From an uncultured Nitrospiraceae bacterium (GTDB lineage Bacteria; Nitrospirota; Thermodesulfovibrionia; Thermodesulfovibrionales; SM23-35): a DNA stretch of 64,000 bases. Numbering within the stretch: position 1 is the stretch's first letter; the number at the start of each line of letters is the position of its first letter. The translations under genes and the position numbers were made by a program. Shown here one piece after another: positions 19,165 to 30,060 of the stretch. The notes under the pieces were generated by a model. The model was not told the origin of the DNA. It was given only the letters and a program-made list of their open reading frames with translations, and did not search any database. The DNA lies in NCBI GenBank assembly GCA_963727775.1, contig CAVSHB010000003.1, positions 1 through 64,000 of the forward strand. Reading direction: 5' to 3'.

Positions 19165-20343
19165 TTATATACCACCGACAGCTTTGGATACAGCCCATGC
19201 ATGTTCGGTATACTTAAACTGAGTTGATGTTCTGTATGTATCAACGGCAAGGCGGTAATCATCGAGACTCTTCTCTGTAAATGGAATACCGGTTTTCTCA
19301 AAGAATTTTTCCCAGCCGATACGCGCAGCCCAGTCGCCGATTCTCTCATACTTATTAGCATCCTTTGCCCAGACTTCAACCATATTTTTGACAACACTCG
19401 TCACTTCGGGCCAGCGCGGCATGTTGTTCGGCAGCCACGGGATAATGACCTTCGAGAATTTCGGCATGCTGATACGGTTAGAAATCTTGCCGCCTACCAG
19501 AATGGCTATACCATCCCCTTCAGCATCTGCCAACGGTAATCCCATACACATGGTGTAGCAGTTACCACAGTACATGCATTTTTCCTGATTGACTGTAACG
19601 CTCTTTTTCCCCTCCGCTGTTGTCACCGGTTTAATAGCGTATAATGGGCAGGCTGCAACTACCAAGGGAATCTCACAGGCCTTTCCGATGGCATCGTTGT
19701 CGATTGCAGGCGGCTTGCGGTGATAGCCAAGAAGCGCGATATCGGAGCAGTGCACGGCGCCGCACATATTAAGGCAGCATGCCAGCGCTATCCTTAACTT
19801 AGCCGGCAATCTCATATTCTTGAACTCATCAAACAACACGTCTGCAGTAGCTTTTACCGGACCTGAGGCGTCTGTTGCAGGTGTATGGCAGTGCACCCAT
19901 CCCTGGGTATGGACTATATTGGACATGCCCATTCCTGTGCCGCCTGTCGGGAACTTGAAAGAGCCTCCCACATGTTTTCTGCTGTCCAGTTCCTTCTTGA
20001 GCGCTTTTGCCTTTGCTTCGTCTTCCAGTATGAATTCAATGTTATTTCTCGTCGTGAATCTTAGATAACCGTTACAGTGTTTATCGGCTATGTCACAAAT
20101 TTCACGAATATGTTCGACTGACATAAGTCTCGGTGCAGCAGCTCTCACGGTAAAAGCCTTCTCACCTGTCTCGGAAACGTGCACCAAGAGGCCGGGCTCC
20201 AGTATCCTGTGCGAAGCCCACTTCCCGTAATTCCTCCTGATAACAGGCGGCAGCATCTGCCCGAAATAATTGGGGCCGATATCCGTTATCCTGTTTTCCT
20301 GGGCCTTTTGAGGGTTAAAATAACCAAGTTTGCCTTTCGACAT
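19165..20343 (-). CDS. dsrB: Dissimilatory sulfite reductase beta subunit
   Basis: [43 protein letters not shown]. Confidence 0.97.
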   Translation of the reverse strand: MSKGKLGYFNPQKAQENRITDIGPNYFGQMLPPVIRRNYGKWASHRILEPGLLVHVSETGEKAFTVRAAAPRLMSVEHIREICDIADKHCNGYLRFTTRNNIEFILEDEAKAKALKKELDSRKHVGGSFKFPTGGTGMGMSNIVHTQGWVHCHTPATDASGPVKATADVLFDEFKNMRLPAKLRIALACCLNMCGAVHCSDIALLGYHRKPPAIDNDAIGKACEIPLVVAACPLYAIKPVTTAEGKKSVTVNQEKCMYCGNCYTMCMGLPLADAEGDGIAILVGGKISNRISMPKFSKVIIPWLPNNMPRWPEVTSVVKNMVEVWAKDANKYERIGDWAARIGWEKFFEKTGIPFTEKSLDDYRLAVDTYRTSTQFKYTEHAWAVSKAVGGI

Positions 20344-20361
20344 AACATATCCTCCTTTATA

Positions 20362-21798
20362 TTATTTTGGATGTCTGGTTCTGTAAGCGTTAATATCCCT
20401 CTGCCATCCACCGGGGACCTCTGACTCCTTAAAGAAGACATACGGGTTGGAACGAGGCTCTTTAACCATTTGCGGCATAGGTGGAATCCCGAGCACCTCT
20501 ATGAATGTCTTCAGGCTTACGCGCTGGATTGTTTCACCTATACGCTCACGGTTCTTGCCTTCTTCAATCCACCAGTCAAAAACCTTTCCGACAAGAGCTT
20601 TCTGGCTGTCATAAGGTTTCTTGGCATACATAAAGGGTATCGTCATACAAGCCATCTGCGCGCCTTCAAGGATCGGCGCCTTTGCGCCAAAGAGGATACT
20701 CACACCCTGATCTTTACCTACCCTTAATGCCTCGGGCATAGTGTCTATGCAATGCATGCAGCGGTTACATTCAGCATTATTTATGCTCATCTTCTTCCCG
20801 TCCCAACGCATACACTGGGTAGGACAAAGGTCGATTACTTCTTTCTGGATGTCGAATTTACCCCAGTCCCTTCCGGCAAATCCTCCGCCGTCAGGCGGGA
20901 TTTTACCGGCAGCGTATTCCGCCGCTGCATCCTGGTTAATCCGTATATCATCCTTCCAGGTGCCGATATAGGACATATCTGAACGTGCGATACTTGCAGT
21001 ACAGCCATTCGGACATCCATCAAATTTAAACTTGAATTTATAAGGGAATGCCGGCCTGTGCAATTCATCCTGGTACTGCATGGTCATCTCATAACACATG
21101 TCCATGGTATCGTAACATGCGAACTCACAGCGTGCCTTACCAATACAATCAGAAGGTGTACGCAGGTTTCCGCCTGAACCGCCTAAATCAACACCGAGAT
21201 CATGGGTCAGATCAAAAAATAGAGGCTCAAGTTGGTCTGAAGTTGAACCCAGAATAACCAAGTCGCCCGTAGAACCATGCAGGTTGGTCAATCCGCTTCC
21301 ACGGTATTCTGCGATATCGCAGAATCCTCTGAGCCAGTCAGTTGTATAAAATTTTGCACTAGGCTGATTGACACGGATAGTATGAAAATGTGCAATATTC
21401 GGGAAATTAGCCTGCTGGTCGCAATAACGGCCTACAATACCGCCGCCGTAACCGAGAACTCCGACGATACCGCCGTGTTTCCAATGGGTCTCACCCTCTT
21501 TATATGAAAGCTCAACAACTCCCAACAAATCATCACAAATCTCAGCGGGAATCATGAGATTATCCTGTCCCAATTTGTGTCTGTGCAAAGCCTCTCTCTT
21601 AATATCGCTTACAAAACTGGGCCAAGGACCTTTCTCCAATTCGTTCAACATTACAGTATCATGCTTGGGCTTATAATTCTTTAACTCATCCTCTGTATAA
21701 TTCTTCAGCTGCTCATCGGTAAAAATCCTGATGTCCTGATATTTCCTGTGTTCCTTCTCTTCTTTATCCCATAACTTCTCTTGTCCTGGGACTCCCAT
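20362..21798 (-). CDS. dsrA: Dissimilatory sulfite reductase alpha subunit
   Basis: GPWPSFV, THWKHGGIVGV, CIGKARC, FPYKFKFKFDGCPNGC, GGAGG RBS. Confidence 0.97.
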   Translation of the reverse strand: MGVPGQEKLWDKEEKEHRKYQDIRIFTDEQLKNYTEDELKNYKPKHDTVMLNELEKGPWPSFVSDIKREALHRHKLGQDNLMIPAEICDDLLGVVELSYKEGETHWKHGGIVGVLGYGGGIVGRYCDQQANFPNIAHFHTIRVNQPSAKFYTTDWLRGFCDIAEYRGSGLTNLHGSTGDLVILGSTSDQLEPLFFDLTHDLGVDLGGSGGNLRTPSDCIGKARCEFACYDTMDMCYEMTMQYQDELHRPAFPYKFKFKFDGCPNGCTASIARSDMSYIGTWKDDIRINQDAAAEYAAGKIPPDGGGFAGRDWGKFDIQKEVIDLCPTQCMRWDGKKMSINNAECNRCMHCIDTMPEALRVGKDQGVSILFGAKAPILEGAQMACMTIPFMYAKKPYDSQKALVGKVFDWWIEEGKNRERIGETIQRVSLKTFIEVLGIPPMPQMVKEPRSNPYVFFKESEVPGGWQRDINAYRTRHPK

Positions 21799-21963
21799 AG
21801 TTTACCTCCTTCTGGCGAGTTTTTTTGTAAAATGCAGGCTTTGAAACGAAAATCAGACTGTCTTTTCACCCCCTTCCTCATAAATTAGTAATTACTAAAG
21901 TAGTAGGCACTAAAGTCTTTAAAAGAATCCGTGTTCTTTTGTTAAGCCTTTGAAAAGCAATTA

Positions 21964-21992
21964 ATAATAATCAACTCGTCATGTTTTGTCAA
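21964..21992 (-). promoter_or_regulatory. Putative sigma70 promoter of dsrABD
   Basis: TTGACA-N17-TATTAT on the minus strand. Confidence 0.6.
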
Positions 21993-22164
21993 GTAAGTAT
22001 TATATTGATAAAGATTATTTATAAACAGGTCAAAATGATCTGATTTTTTATGAGAATTAATTCACCACCACCCAGCGATAATAACTGATTTTGTCTTTCT
22101 CCGAAAAAAACTCTCGCAAGGAGATCCCCTTTAATAAATACGTCCCCTCAAAATAATTTTACTA

Positions 22165-22827
22165 TTATTTTTCGGCCTCTTCTATTTTAGTAATGGCTTC
22201 CTGTACCCATTGGGTCAATTTTTTTTCACAAAAAGCTCCGTCAATATAAATCCTCACGGGGCCATTGCCCGACTGCAGTTTCTTCAAGAAAGGCAAGGCA
22301 TGGATAAAACCCACTTCACCCATTGCCCACGCTGCAATACCAAGGGTTTCTTCATCATCTGACAGGAAGGCCGCCAAAATCTTTTCCTTAAAAAAATCGA
22401 CTGCCTCTGCTATTCGTCCGCCCAAACGGCCGATTCCCCAAAGACCGCCTTTCAATAGAGACGGCTCTTCAATGGAATAAGCAATCATCATGCTCCCGTA
22501 AGGATCAACCAATTCTGGAATATTCACAATAATCTCGGCGATGGTCTGGGGAGAACTCCAGCCGATCCCGCCTGATTCATCGGTCATGGACCAGAACAAT
22601 GTCCTGACATAAGTGCGCACCTTCTCGTTCTTCCCTGAATCCCACAAGCGCAGCATAAATTTCGAAACGGTTTCAACAGCCGGCCACCGGAGTCCCTCAT
22701 CAATATCGTAAAGCCGGAAGCGGACCTCTTGCCAGAAGCGCCTGTCTTTTTCACACAAATCGAGAAGGCTATTGTGGTCTTTGCTCCTCAAAAGCTCAGA
22801 AACCTGTTGTTTTACTGATTTATCCAT
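22165..22827 (-). CDS. HEAT-repeat DVU0298-like protein
   Basis: LFWSMTDESGGIGW, WGIGRL, AAWAMG, similar in style to 15147-16226. Confidence 0.75.
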   Translation of the reverse strand: MDKSVKQQVSELLRSKDHNSLLDLCEKDRRFWQEVRFRLYDIDEGLRWPAVETVSKFMLRLWDSGKNEKVRTYVRTLFWSMTDESGGIGWSSPQTIAEIIVNIPELVDPYGSMMIAYSIEEPSLLKGGLWGIGRLGGRIAEAVDFFKEKILAAFLSDDEETLGIAAWAMGEVGFIHALPFLKKLQSGNGPVRIYIDGAFCEKKLTQWVQEAITKIEEAEK

Positions 22828-22959
22828 CTCTCTTCTGGCTGTATAAAATATATTATTTCTTATTCAAAATATTTTCCCCGGCATTTGTATATGATTTTTT
22901 GTTTACAACTACCCCTATCCAAGTGCTATACTTTTCGAGTTTATATTATAGGAGTTTAT

Positions 22960-25203
22960 ATGCCCAAAATAAGAATGATTCTGTTTATTATTTTCTTGAT
23001 TATAGCACCGGGCCTTATATATGCCCAGGAGATGCCTGTAATTAATTCCATAGAAATAAAAGGGCTTAAGAGAATAGATGAAAATGCAGTAAAATCCAAG
23101 ATTACCCAAAAACCGGGGGAACCGATTTCTCAGGAAAAAACAAACGAAAACATTAAAAATATCTTCAAGATGGGCTATTTCGATGATGTCAGGGCCGAGA
23201 TTGAGCCATTCGAAGGCGGGATAAAGCTGATCTACTTTGTAAAGGAAAAACCTACCATTATAAAAATAGAATTCCAGGGCAACAATGAGTTTGATGATGC
23301 AAAGCTCAAGGAAAAGGTAACAATAACAACAGGCGCAATCGCCGATGCCGTTCTTATTCAGGACAATGCAAACAAGCTCAGGTCTTTCTATGAAGAAGAA
23401 GGATATTGGCTGTCACGTATAGTGCCTGTTGTCAAATCAATAAGTCCAGATGAGGTAAGTCTGATCTATCAGGTTGAAGAAGGCCCGAAGATAAAGATAA
23501 GAAAGATAACTATAGAAGGCAACAAGGCCATTCCGGCAAGCAAGATAAAAGGCACTATGGAGACAAGGAAATGGTGGCTCTTTTCTTTCCTCACTTCATC
23601 AGGTTATTACCAAAAAGAACGCATGGACCTTGATGTCGAGAGAATAAGAGACCTGTATTTCAACAACGGGTATATTAAGGTAGCAGTCGGGGAACCAAAA
23701 ATAGAGCTTACAGAAAAAAATAAGGGCATGGTCATTACTGTCCCCATTTCAGAAGGGGACCAGTTTAAAATCTCCTCGGTTGAATTTTCAGGCAATAAAA
23801 TCTTCGGCAATGCTGAAATACAAAAAAGAGTCACCATGATGCCCGGGAATCCATTCAGCAAAGCGAATCTGAAAAAAGATATCTTATCGATCTCCGACCT
23901 TTATTCAGAAAATGGTTATGCTCTTATAACCGTCACTCCCGACCTGATACCCGATGAAACCAAAAAACTTGTAAAAATAGCCTTGAAGATCGATGAAGGA
24001 TCTAAATACAGAATAGGCAAGATAGAGATTTCCGGCAACACGAAGACAAGAGACAAGGTAATAAGGAGAGAAGTAAGGTTCGATGAAGGAGATACCTTTA
24101 ATAGCGCGTTGATAAAAAGGAGTTACGAACGAATCAATAACCTGAATTTTTTCGAGACAGTTGAAGTGGTGCCCAAGCCTGTTCCTGAAGAAAAAGTCGT
24201 AGACATGAATATTAAGGTAAAAGAAAGACCGACAGGCTTTTTCAGCGTCGGAGGCGGCTATAGTTCGGTAGAAAAATTAATCGGGATGTTTGAAATAACG
24301 CAAGGCAACCTCTTTGGTAAGGGGCAGTTGCTGAAACTGAGGGCGGAACTCGGCTCAGTAACGCAATACTATGATATAACATTCAAAGAACCCTGGTTCC
24401 TTGATAAACCTATTTCTTTCACGGCAAATATATATAAGACGACGACAAGTCAATACATAGAATACGATAAAAAAGCGACCGGCGTAGGACTTTCGTTAGG
24501 GAAAAGATTTTCGGATTACTGGACCGGAGATATCACATACCGTTTTGAGGATGCCGATATATTCGATGTAAAAACAACAGACAAGTTGGTAAGAGACCAG
24601 GAAGGCGTTAGAGTTACCAGCAGTATTACTCCTTCCATAACAAGAGATTCAAGAGACAATTACCTTGACCCATCAAAAGGTTCAAGAAACTCTTTATATG
24701 TTACTTATGCGGGGTTGGGAGGCACAAACCATTTTGTAAAAAGCGAGATTGACTCTGCTTGGTTCTTCCCATTGGGAAGCACAACCGCCATGCTGAGAGG
24801 CAGGGTTGGTTATGCTTCCGGAATCCTGGGCAATGAACTCCCTCTCTATGAGAGATTTTATATAGGCGGTATTTACACGGTAAGAGGATTAGGCTTCGGT
24901 GAAGCCGGACCGAGAGATCCGGCTACAAATGATCCGATAGGCGGAAACGAAGAACTCGTCTTCAACGCAGAATATATCTTCCCCATTGTGAGTGAAGTTA
25001 AGTTAAAGGGAGTAGCGTTTTTTGATGCCGGCAACTCTTATGACTCATTTAAAGATTTTGGTATACTGAGATATACTGCAGGAGCAGGGGTAAGATGGAT
25101 TTCTCCTGTTGGACCTGTAAGAATTGAATGGGGCTATAATCTCCAGAGAAAACCGGGCGAACAATCAAACAGGGTTGAGTTCGCTTTTGGAACGTTTTTT
25201 TAG
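22960..25203 (+). CDS. bamA: Outer-membrane protein assembly factor BamA
   Basis: Signal peptide, POTRA repeats, TVRG, WISPVGP, terminal Phe. Start chosen from the AGGAG RBS. Confidence 0.95.
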   Translation: MPKIRMILFIIFLIIAPGLIYAQEMPVINSIEIKGLKRIDENAVKSKITQKPGEPISQEKTNENIKNIFKMGYFDDVRAEIEPFEGGIKLIYFVKEKPTIIKIEFQGNNEFDDAKLKEKVTITTGAIADAVLIQDNANKLRSFYEEEGYWLSRIVPVVKSISPDEVSLIYQVEEGPKIKIRKITIEGNKAIPASKIKGTMETRKWWLFSFLTSSGYYQKERMDLDVERIRDLYFNNGYIKVAVGEPKIELTEKNKGMVITVPISEGDQFKISSVEFSGNKIFGNAEIQKRVTMMPGNPFSKANLKKDILSISDLYSENGYALITVTPDLIPDETKKLVKIALKIDEGSKYRIGKIEISGNTKTRDKVIRREVRFDEGDTFNSALIKRSYERINNLNFFETVEVVPKPVPEEKVVDMNIKVKERPTGFFSVGGGYSSVEKLIGMFEITQGNLFGKGQLLKLRAELGSVTQYYDITFKEPWFLDKPISFTANIYKTTTSQYIEYDKKATGVGLSLGKRFSDYWTGDITYRFEDADIFDVKTTDKLVRDQEGVRVTSSITPSITRDSRDNYLDPSKGSRNSLYVTYAGLGGTNHFVKSEIDSAWFFPLGSTTAMLRGRVGYASGILGNELPLYERFYIGGIYTVRGLGFGEAGPRDPATNDPIGGNEELVFNAEYIFPIVSEVKLKGVAFFDAGNSYDSFKDFGILRYTAGAGVRWISPVGPVRIEWGYNLQRKPGEQSNRVEFAFGTFF

Positions 25204-25223
25204 ACAAATTTAGGAGGAAAAAT

Positions 25224-25769
25224 ATGAGAAAAACAGCATTAGTGCAGTTTTGTGGTATTTGTTTTGTGTTCTTTGCTTTGCTTGTCCTGCCTGGCTTTGC
25301 GCCGGCAGCCGATGTTGCAAAATTCGGATCTATAGATATCCAGAAGGTTTTAAATGAATCCGAACCAGGGAAAAAGGCGAAGACCGACCTCGAGGTTTTA
25401 ATAAAGTCGAAGCAGACAGTCATAGACGAAAAAGGCAAGACTGTAGAAAAGATGAAAAGCGACATCGAAAAACAAGTATCTGTACTTTCTGCAGAGGCAA
25501 GAAAAACCAAGGAAGATGAATTAGAAAAAAACATAAGGGAATACCAAAGACTTGTCCAGGATTCTCAGTCCGAGGTAAAAAAGAAAGAGGGAGAACTTAC
25601 GGATTCAATTTTAAAAGAGATCCGCGACATAATAGAAAAGGTCGGGGAACAGGAAGGTTATACCCTTATTATTGAAAAAGGCATGGTCCTTTATTCGAAT
25701 AAAGGCATTGACATCACTGAAAGTGTCTTAAAAAAATATGACGAGTCAAAAACAAAATCCAAAAAATAG
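25224..25769 (+). CDS. skp: OmpH/Skp chaperone
   Basis: Signal peptide, coiled coil, DIT..VL end, follows bamA. Confidence 0.9.
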   Translation: MRKTALVQFCGICFVFFALLVLPGFAPAADVAKFGSIDIQKVLNESEPGKKAKTDLEVLIKSKQTVIDEKGKTVEKMKSDIEKQVSVLSAEARKTKEDELEKNIREYQRLVQDSQSEVKKKEGELTDSILKEIRDIIEKVGEQEGYTLIIEKGMVLYSNKGIDITESVLKKYDESKTKSKK

Positions 25770-26791
25770 TGAAGCTTAAGAAAATTGCATCCCTGCTCAA
25801 TGGTGAAATCTTTGGTGATCATGATACAGAAATCACTGGTGTATCGGGGATTCACGAAGCTCAAAAGGGAGATATCACTTTTCTCTCCGCAAGAAAATAC
25901 ATTAAAGATCTTCCAACGTGTGAAGCTTCATGCGTGATTGTCCAGGAACCGATACCTGATATAGGTATTCCGCAACTAAAAGTATCAAATCCGTATTTTG
26001 CCTTTGCAAAATTACTTGAGCTTTTCTATATCAAGCCGGCAAAGCCGACCGGGACAAGCAAGGATGCTATTTTATCGGATAAGGCACGGATAGCAGAAGA
26101 TGTATCCGTCTTTCCTTTCTCTTATATATCGGATGGCGTCTCAATCGGTAAAGGCACTATTGTCTATCCTTATGTCTTTATCGGAGATAATACTACCATA
26201 GGTGAGAATTGCATCTTATATCCTCATGTAACTTTGAGAGAGGGGGTAGAGATCGGCAACAGGGTTATAGTCCACTCAGGTTCGGTGATAGGCTCTGATG
26301 GTTTCGGTTATGTTTTCGAAGGAGGCAGACATTACAAAATCCCTCAGGTGGGCAGCGTCCTTATCGAAGATGACGTTGAGATCGGCGCCAATACCTCTAT
26401 TGATAGGGCAACAACGGGAAAAACAATAATAGGCAGAGGCAGCAAAATAGACAACCTTGTGCAAATAGGGCACAATGTAAGAATAGGCCATAATACAATT
26501 ATTGTTGCACAGGTAGGGATAGGCGGCAGCACAGAAATTGGTGATTTTGTAACTTTAGCCGGGCAGGTCGGAGTTGCTGATCACACAAAGATAGATTCAG
26601 GAACTATGATAGGAGCCCAGTCCGGCATAATGGGACATGTCACAAAAGGAGTTTATTCCGGATCACCCGCACTGCCTCACAGAGAGTGGTTAAAAGCACA
26701 GGTTATTTTCTCAAAACTTCCTGAACTGCAGAAAAGGATAAGAGAACTTGAAGAAAAGATCACTGAACTTGAAAGGAGACATCCGCTATGA
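25769..26791 (+). CDS. lpxD: UDP-3-O-acylglucosamine N-acyltransferase
   Basis: [25 protein letters not shown]. Confidence 0.96.
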   Translation: MKLKKIASLLNGEIFGDHDTEITGVSGIHEAQKGDITFLSARKYIKDLPTCEASCVIVQEPIPDIGIPQLKVSNPYFAFAKLLELFYIKPAKPTGTSKDAILSDKARIAEDVSVFPFSYISDGVSIGKGTIVYPYVFIGDNTTIGENCILYPHVTLREGVEIGNRVIVHSGSVIGSDGFGYVFEGGRHYKIPQVGSVLIEDDVEIGANTSIDRATTGKTIIGRGSKIDNLVQIGHNVRIGHNTIIVAQVGIGGSTEIGDFVTLAGQVGVADHTKIDSGTMIGAQSGIMGHVTKGVYSGSPALPHREWLKAQVIFSKLPELQKRIRELEEKITELERRHPL

Positions 26792-27222
26792 TGGATATAA
26801 AAGATATACAGAAACTATTACCGCATAGATATCCATTTCTTTTTGTCGACAGAATCTTAGAGATTGTCCCGGGGACAAAAGCTGTTGGGATAAAAAATTT
26901 AACATTTAATGAAGAGTTCTTCCAGGGACATTTCCCCGGTAATCCTATAATGCCCGGCGTGCTGATTATAGAAGCAATGGCACAGGTTGCAGGCATATTA
27001 GCTTTTCAGTCAGGCGCTACTATTGCAAAATCGGTTTATTTCATGAGCATAGAAAAAGGAAAATTCAGGAGGCCTGTTGTCCCTGGAGATCAGCTGAGAT
27101 TGGAAGTAAGTATTATGCAGCAAAGAGGGAATGTCTGGAAATTTTCCGGCAATGCATTCGTCGAAGAAAAAATTGCTGCAGAAGCTGAGTTTACTGCCAT
27201 GGTAACAGACAGAGAGATATAA
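26788..27222 (+). CDS. fabZ: 3-hydroxyacyl-ACP dehydratase
   Basis: [26 protein letters not shown]. Confidence 0.97.
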   Translation: MMDIKDIQKLLPHRYPFLFVDRILEIVPGTKAVGIKNLTFNEEFFQGHFPGNPIMPGVLIIEAMAQVAGILAFQSGATIAKSVYFMSIEKGKFRRPVVPGDQLRLEVSIMQQRGNVWKFSGNAFVEEKIAAEAEFTAMVTDREI

Positions 27223-27224
27223 TT

Positions 27225-28004
27225 ATGGAAAAAGAAATACATTCGACAGCCATCATTCACCCCAAAGCAGAAATAGATGAGGATGTTTCCATCGGGCCTT
27301 TCTCCATTATCGCGGAAGGCGTGCAAATAAAAAAAGGCACAAAATTGATCTCGAACGTCATTCTGGAATGTAATACTGTGATAGGCAAAAATTGTACTAT
27401 ATATCCGTTTACGAGTATCGGCCTGCCGCCGCAGGATTTAAAATATAAAGGAGAAAAAACAGGCGTAACGATCGGAGACAATAACACAATTAGAGAATAC
27501 ATAACGATCCATAGGGCATCGGTCGGTGGAGACGGTGTTACTACAGTGGGAGACAACAATTTTCTCATGGCCTATGTCCATATAGCGCATGACTGTAAGA
27601 TCGGGAACTTTGTTATTATGTCAAATGTTGCCACCCTTGCGGGGCATGTAATTGTGGAAGACCACGCATATGTCGGAGGGCTCGTTGCAGTACACCAGTT
27701 CACAAGAATCGGTGCTTATTCTATGGTCGGTGGGTTTAGCGGAGTAGGCCAGGATATCCCGCCCTATACTATAGCATCGGGGGCACGAGCAAAACTCTTC
27801 GGTCTTAACGCTGTCGGTCTTAAGAGACACGGATTCTCCGACTCGACGATAAACGACCTCAAAAAAGCTTACAAGATACTCTTCAGGGAAAAAAGAACAC
27901 TAAAGGACGCGTTAAAGAAAATACAGGAAGACCTGCCATATACCGATGAGATAAAGCATCTTGTTGAGTTCATTCAGGAAAACAGAAGAGGTATCTGCAG
28001 ATAA
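27225..28004 (+). CDS. lpxA: UDP-GlcNAc O-acyltransferase
   Basis: PQDLKY, HIAHDC, LAGHV, VHQF. Confidence 0.97.
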   Translation: MEKEIHSTAIIHPKAEIDEDVSIGPFSIIAEGVQIKKGTKLISNVILECNTVIGKNCTIYPFTSIGLPPQDLKYKGEKTGVTIGDNNTIREYITIHRASVGGDGVTTVGDNNFLMAYVHIAHDCKIGNFVIMSNVATLAGHVIVEDHAYVGGLVAVHQFTRIGAYSMVGGFSGVGQDIPPYTIASGARAKLFGLNAVGLKRHGFSDSTINDLKKAYKILFREKRTLKDALKKIQEDLPYTDEIKHLVEFIQENRRGICR

Positions 28005-28060
28005 CCAATGACCAAGACAATAGGATGACATCTATTGAATTTTCTGAACTTCATAAGTAG

Positions 28061-28870
28061 ATGAAAAAACTTGGGTTGATAGCGGGGGCCGGAGATCTGC
28101 CGAAAACAATTGCATCAGAGGCGCGTACAGAGGGTTATACAGTTTTTGCTATAGCGCTTGAACCTCTCGCTGATAAAAGTCTTTCCTCTTATGTAGATGA
28201 AATTGTATGGGTAAATGTCGGCAAACTGGGGAAAATTATAGATTCACTCAAAAACAATAGGATCAAAGAAGCAGTTATGGCAGGGAAGGTGTCCAAAACA
28301 CTCCTTTATAAAAGCAAGATTACACCCGACCTTCGGGCAGTTAAACTTCTATTGTCATTGAAAGACAGAAAAGATGACTCAATTCTTTTGGCCATTACGA
28401 AGGAATTAAAAAAAGAGGGTATCGAATTTCTCGATATAACCCGCTTTACTTCCCGAATCCTAACACCTGAAGGTATATTGGCAGGAGAAAATCCCACTGA
28501 GGAGGAATGGAAAGACATAAGATTCGGGTGGAAGATCGCTAAAGAGATCGGCAGGTTGGATATCGGACAAACGGTCGTAGTAAAGAGCCAAGCCGTAATG
28601 GCGGTTGAAGCCATTGAGGGAACAGATGAAGCTATAACAAGAGGTGGAAAACTTGCTGGAAAGGGCGCTGTAGTTGTGAAGGTAAGCAAGCCGAATCAGG
28701 ATATGAGATTCGATGTGCCGGTCATAGGGTTAGCCACTCTGAAAGCACTGGCTGACGTAAATGCAAGGGTTCTTTCTATAGAGCCAATAAAAAGTATCGT
28801 TCTTGATATCGACAAAATCACAGAGAAGGCAAAAAAGGCCGGAATTTCTATCGTGGGCTATTCAGGGTAG
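28061..28870 (+). CDS. lpxI: UDP-2,3-diacylglucosamine pyrophosphatase LpxI
   Basis: LGLIAG, DIGQTVVV, AVEAIEGTD, QDMRFDVP. Confidence 0.93.
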   Translation: MKKLGLIAGAGDLPKTIASEARTEGYTVFAIALEPLADKSLSSYVDEIVWVNVGKLGKIIDSLKNNRIKEAVMAGKVSKTLLYKSKITPDLRAVKLLLSLKDRKDDSILLAITKELKKEGIEFLDITRFTSRILTPEGILAGENPTEEEWKDIRFGWKIAKEIGRLDIGQTVVVKSQAVMAVEAIEGTDEAITRGGKLAGKGAVVVKVSKPNQDMRFDVPVIGLATLKALADVNARVLSIEPIKSIVLDIDKITEKAKKAGISIVGYSG

Positions 28871-29043
28871 ATCACTTAATGATTTATCCTTATCAGTCAA
28901 AAAATACTTCCCCTTATGCATCGCCTTCCTCCGGTTAATTAGGGATTTATCATTGTCCTATATACAATTATTACTTGACAGTTTTAGGTATCTTCGTTAT
29001 TTTTATGTAAAGCAATAGTATTTAATAAAAAGGAAGAACACTT

Positions 29044-30060
29044 ATGCTAAAGGGACATATATCAGTTAATATTTTACTTATCTTCTTGTGGCTCATATTG
29101 CCTTCTTTTGTAGCTTCACAGCCTCAAGAATATAGAGATTATACAGTAGGAAAGGGCGATACCCTCTGGAAGATATCGGATAAGGAGTTAAAGGATCCTT
29201 CCCTCTGGCCGAAAATATGGAAAGAAAATCCCTCTATTGTTAATCCGGATAAAATATATCCCGGCCAAAAAATTAAAATCCCGTTGTTTTTATTGCAAAA
29301 AGAGATTAAGCCTGAAACAAAAGCAGAGATAAGGCCTGAAGTAATACCTGAAACCAAAGTGCAACCGCTTGCTGTAACAGAAGTCAGACCTATTCAAGTT
29401 AAACCTCTTCAAAAGAAATATCTGGTCAACAAAAATATTTTGGTTGCGAGCGGCTATATTGCAGACTCATTACGGGCCGTCGGCAAGATAACAAGTTCTC
29501 AAAATAATAAAAATCTTTTCGGAAAAGGAGATTCTGTTTATATAAAAACTGCGGGACCTGTAAAAAAGGGCGATAAATTCTACATCATCCGCTCAGATAA
29601 AAAAGTGTTCCATCCGAAAACCGGTAAACCACTTGGCTATCTCATAGAAGTCCTCGGAATTGGCGAAGTCGCAGACCCTGATAGAAATTATTCAAAAATG
29701 ATCATTACTGATTCATATGCCGAAATATTACCTGGAGATTTTCTTGATACCTTCTATGAAATTGAACCTCCGTTGTCTCCCCAACCGCCCAGAAATCCGG
29801 ATGTTAATGGCTTTATTGTTGCTACCAGACAATTGCATGATGTTAATGGGGCATTTGATATTGTGTATTTGGACAAAGGCAGAAAAGATGGGATAGAAAT
29901 CGGAGACTTTCTTGCAACAACACTTCAAAGCAAACACAAAATAACAAATGGCTTAATTCAGATTATAGACCTAAGAGGTTCAACAGCAACAGCTATTATT
30001 AGAAGCAGCGACATTGAAATTACAGTAGGCGATGGCGTAACGGCCGTTAGGCAGAGGTAG
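29044..30060 (+). CDS. Secreted LysM-domain protein
   Basis: [13 protein letters not shown]...[21 protein letters not shown]. Confidence 0.88.
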   Translation: MLKGHISVNILLIFLWLILPSFVASQPQEYRDYTVGKGDTLWKISDKELKDPSLWPKIWKENPSIVNPDKIYPGQKIKIPLFLLQKEIKPETKAEIRPEVIPETKVQPLAVTEVRPIQVKPLQKKYLVNKNILVASGYIADSLRAVGKITSSQNNKNLFGKGDSVYIKTAGPVKKGDKFYIIRSDKKVFHPKTGKPLGYLIEVLGIGEVADPDRNYSKMIITDSYAEILPGDFLDTFYEIEPPLSPQPPRNPDVNGFIVATRQLHDVNGAFDIVYLDKGRKDGIEIGDFLATTLQSKHKITNGLIQIIDLRGSTATAIIRSSDIEITVGDGVTAVRQR

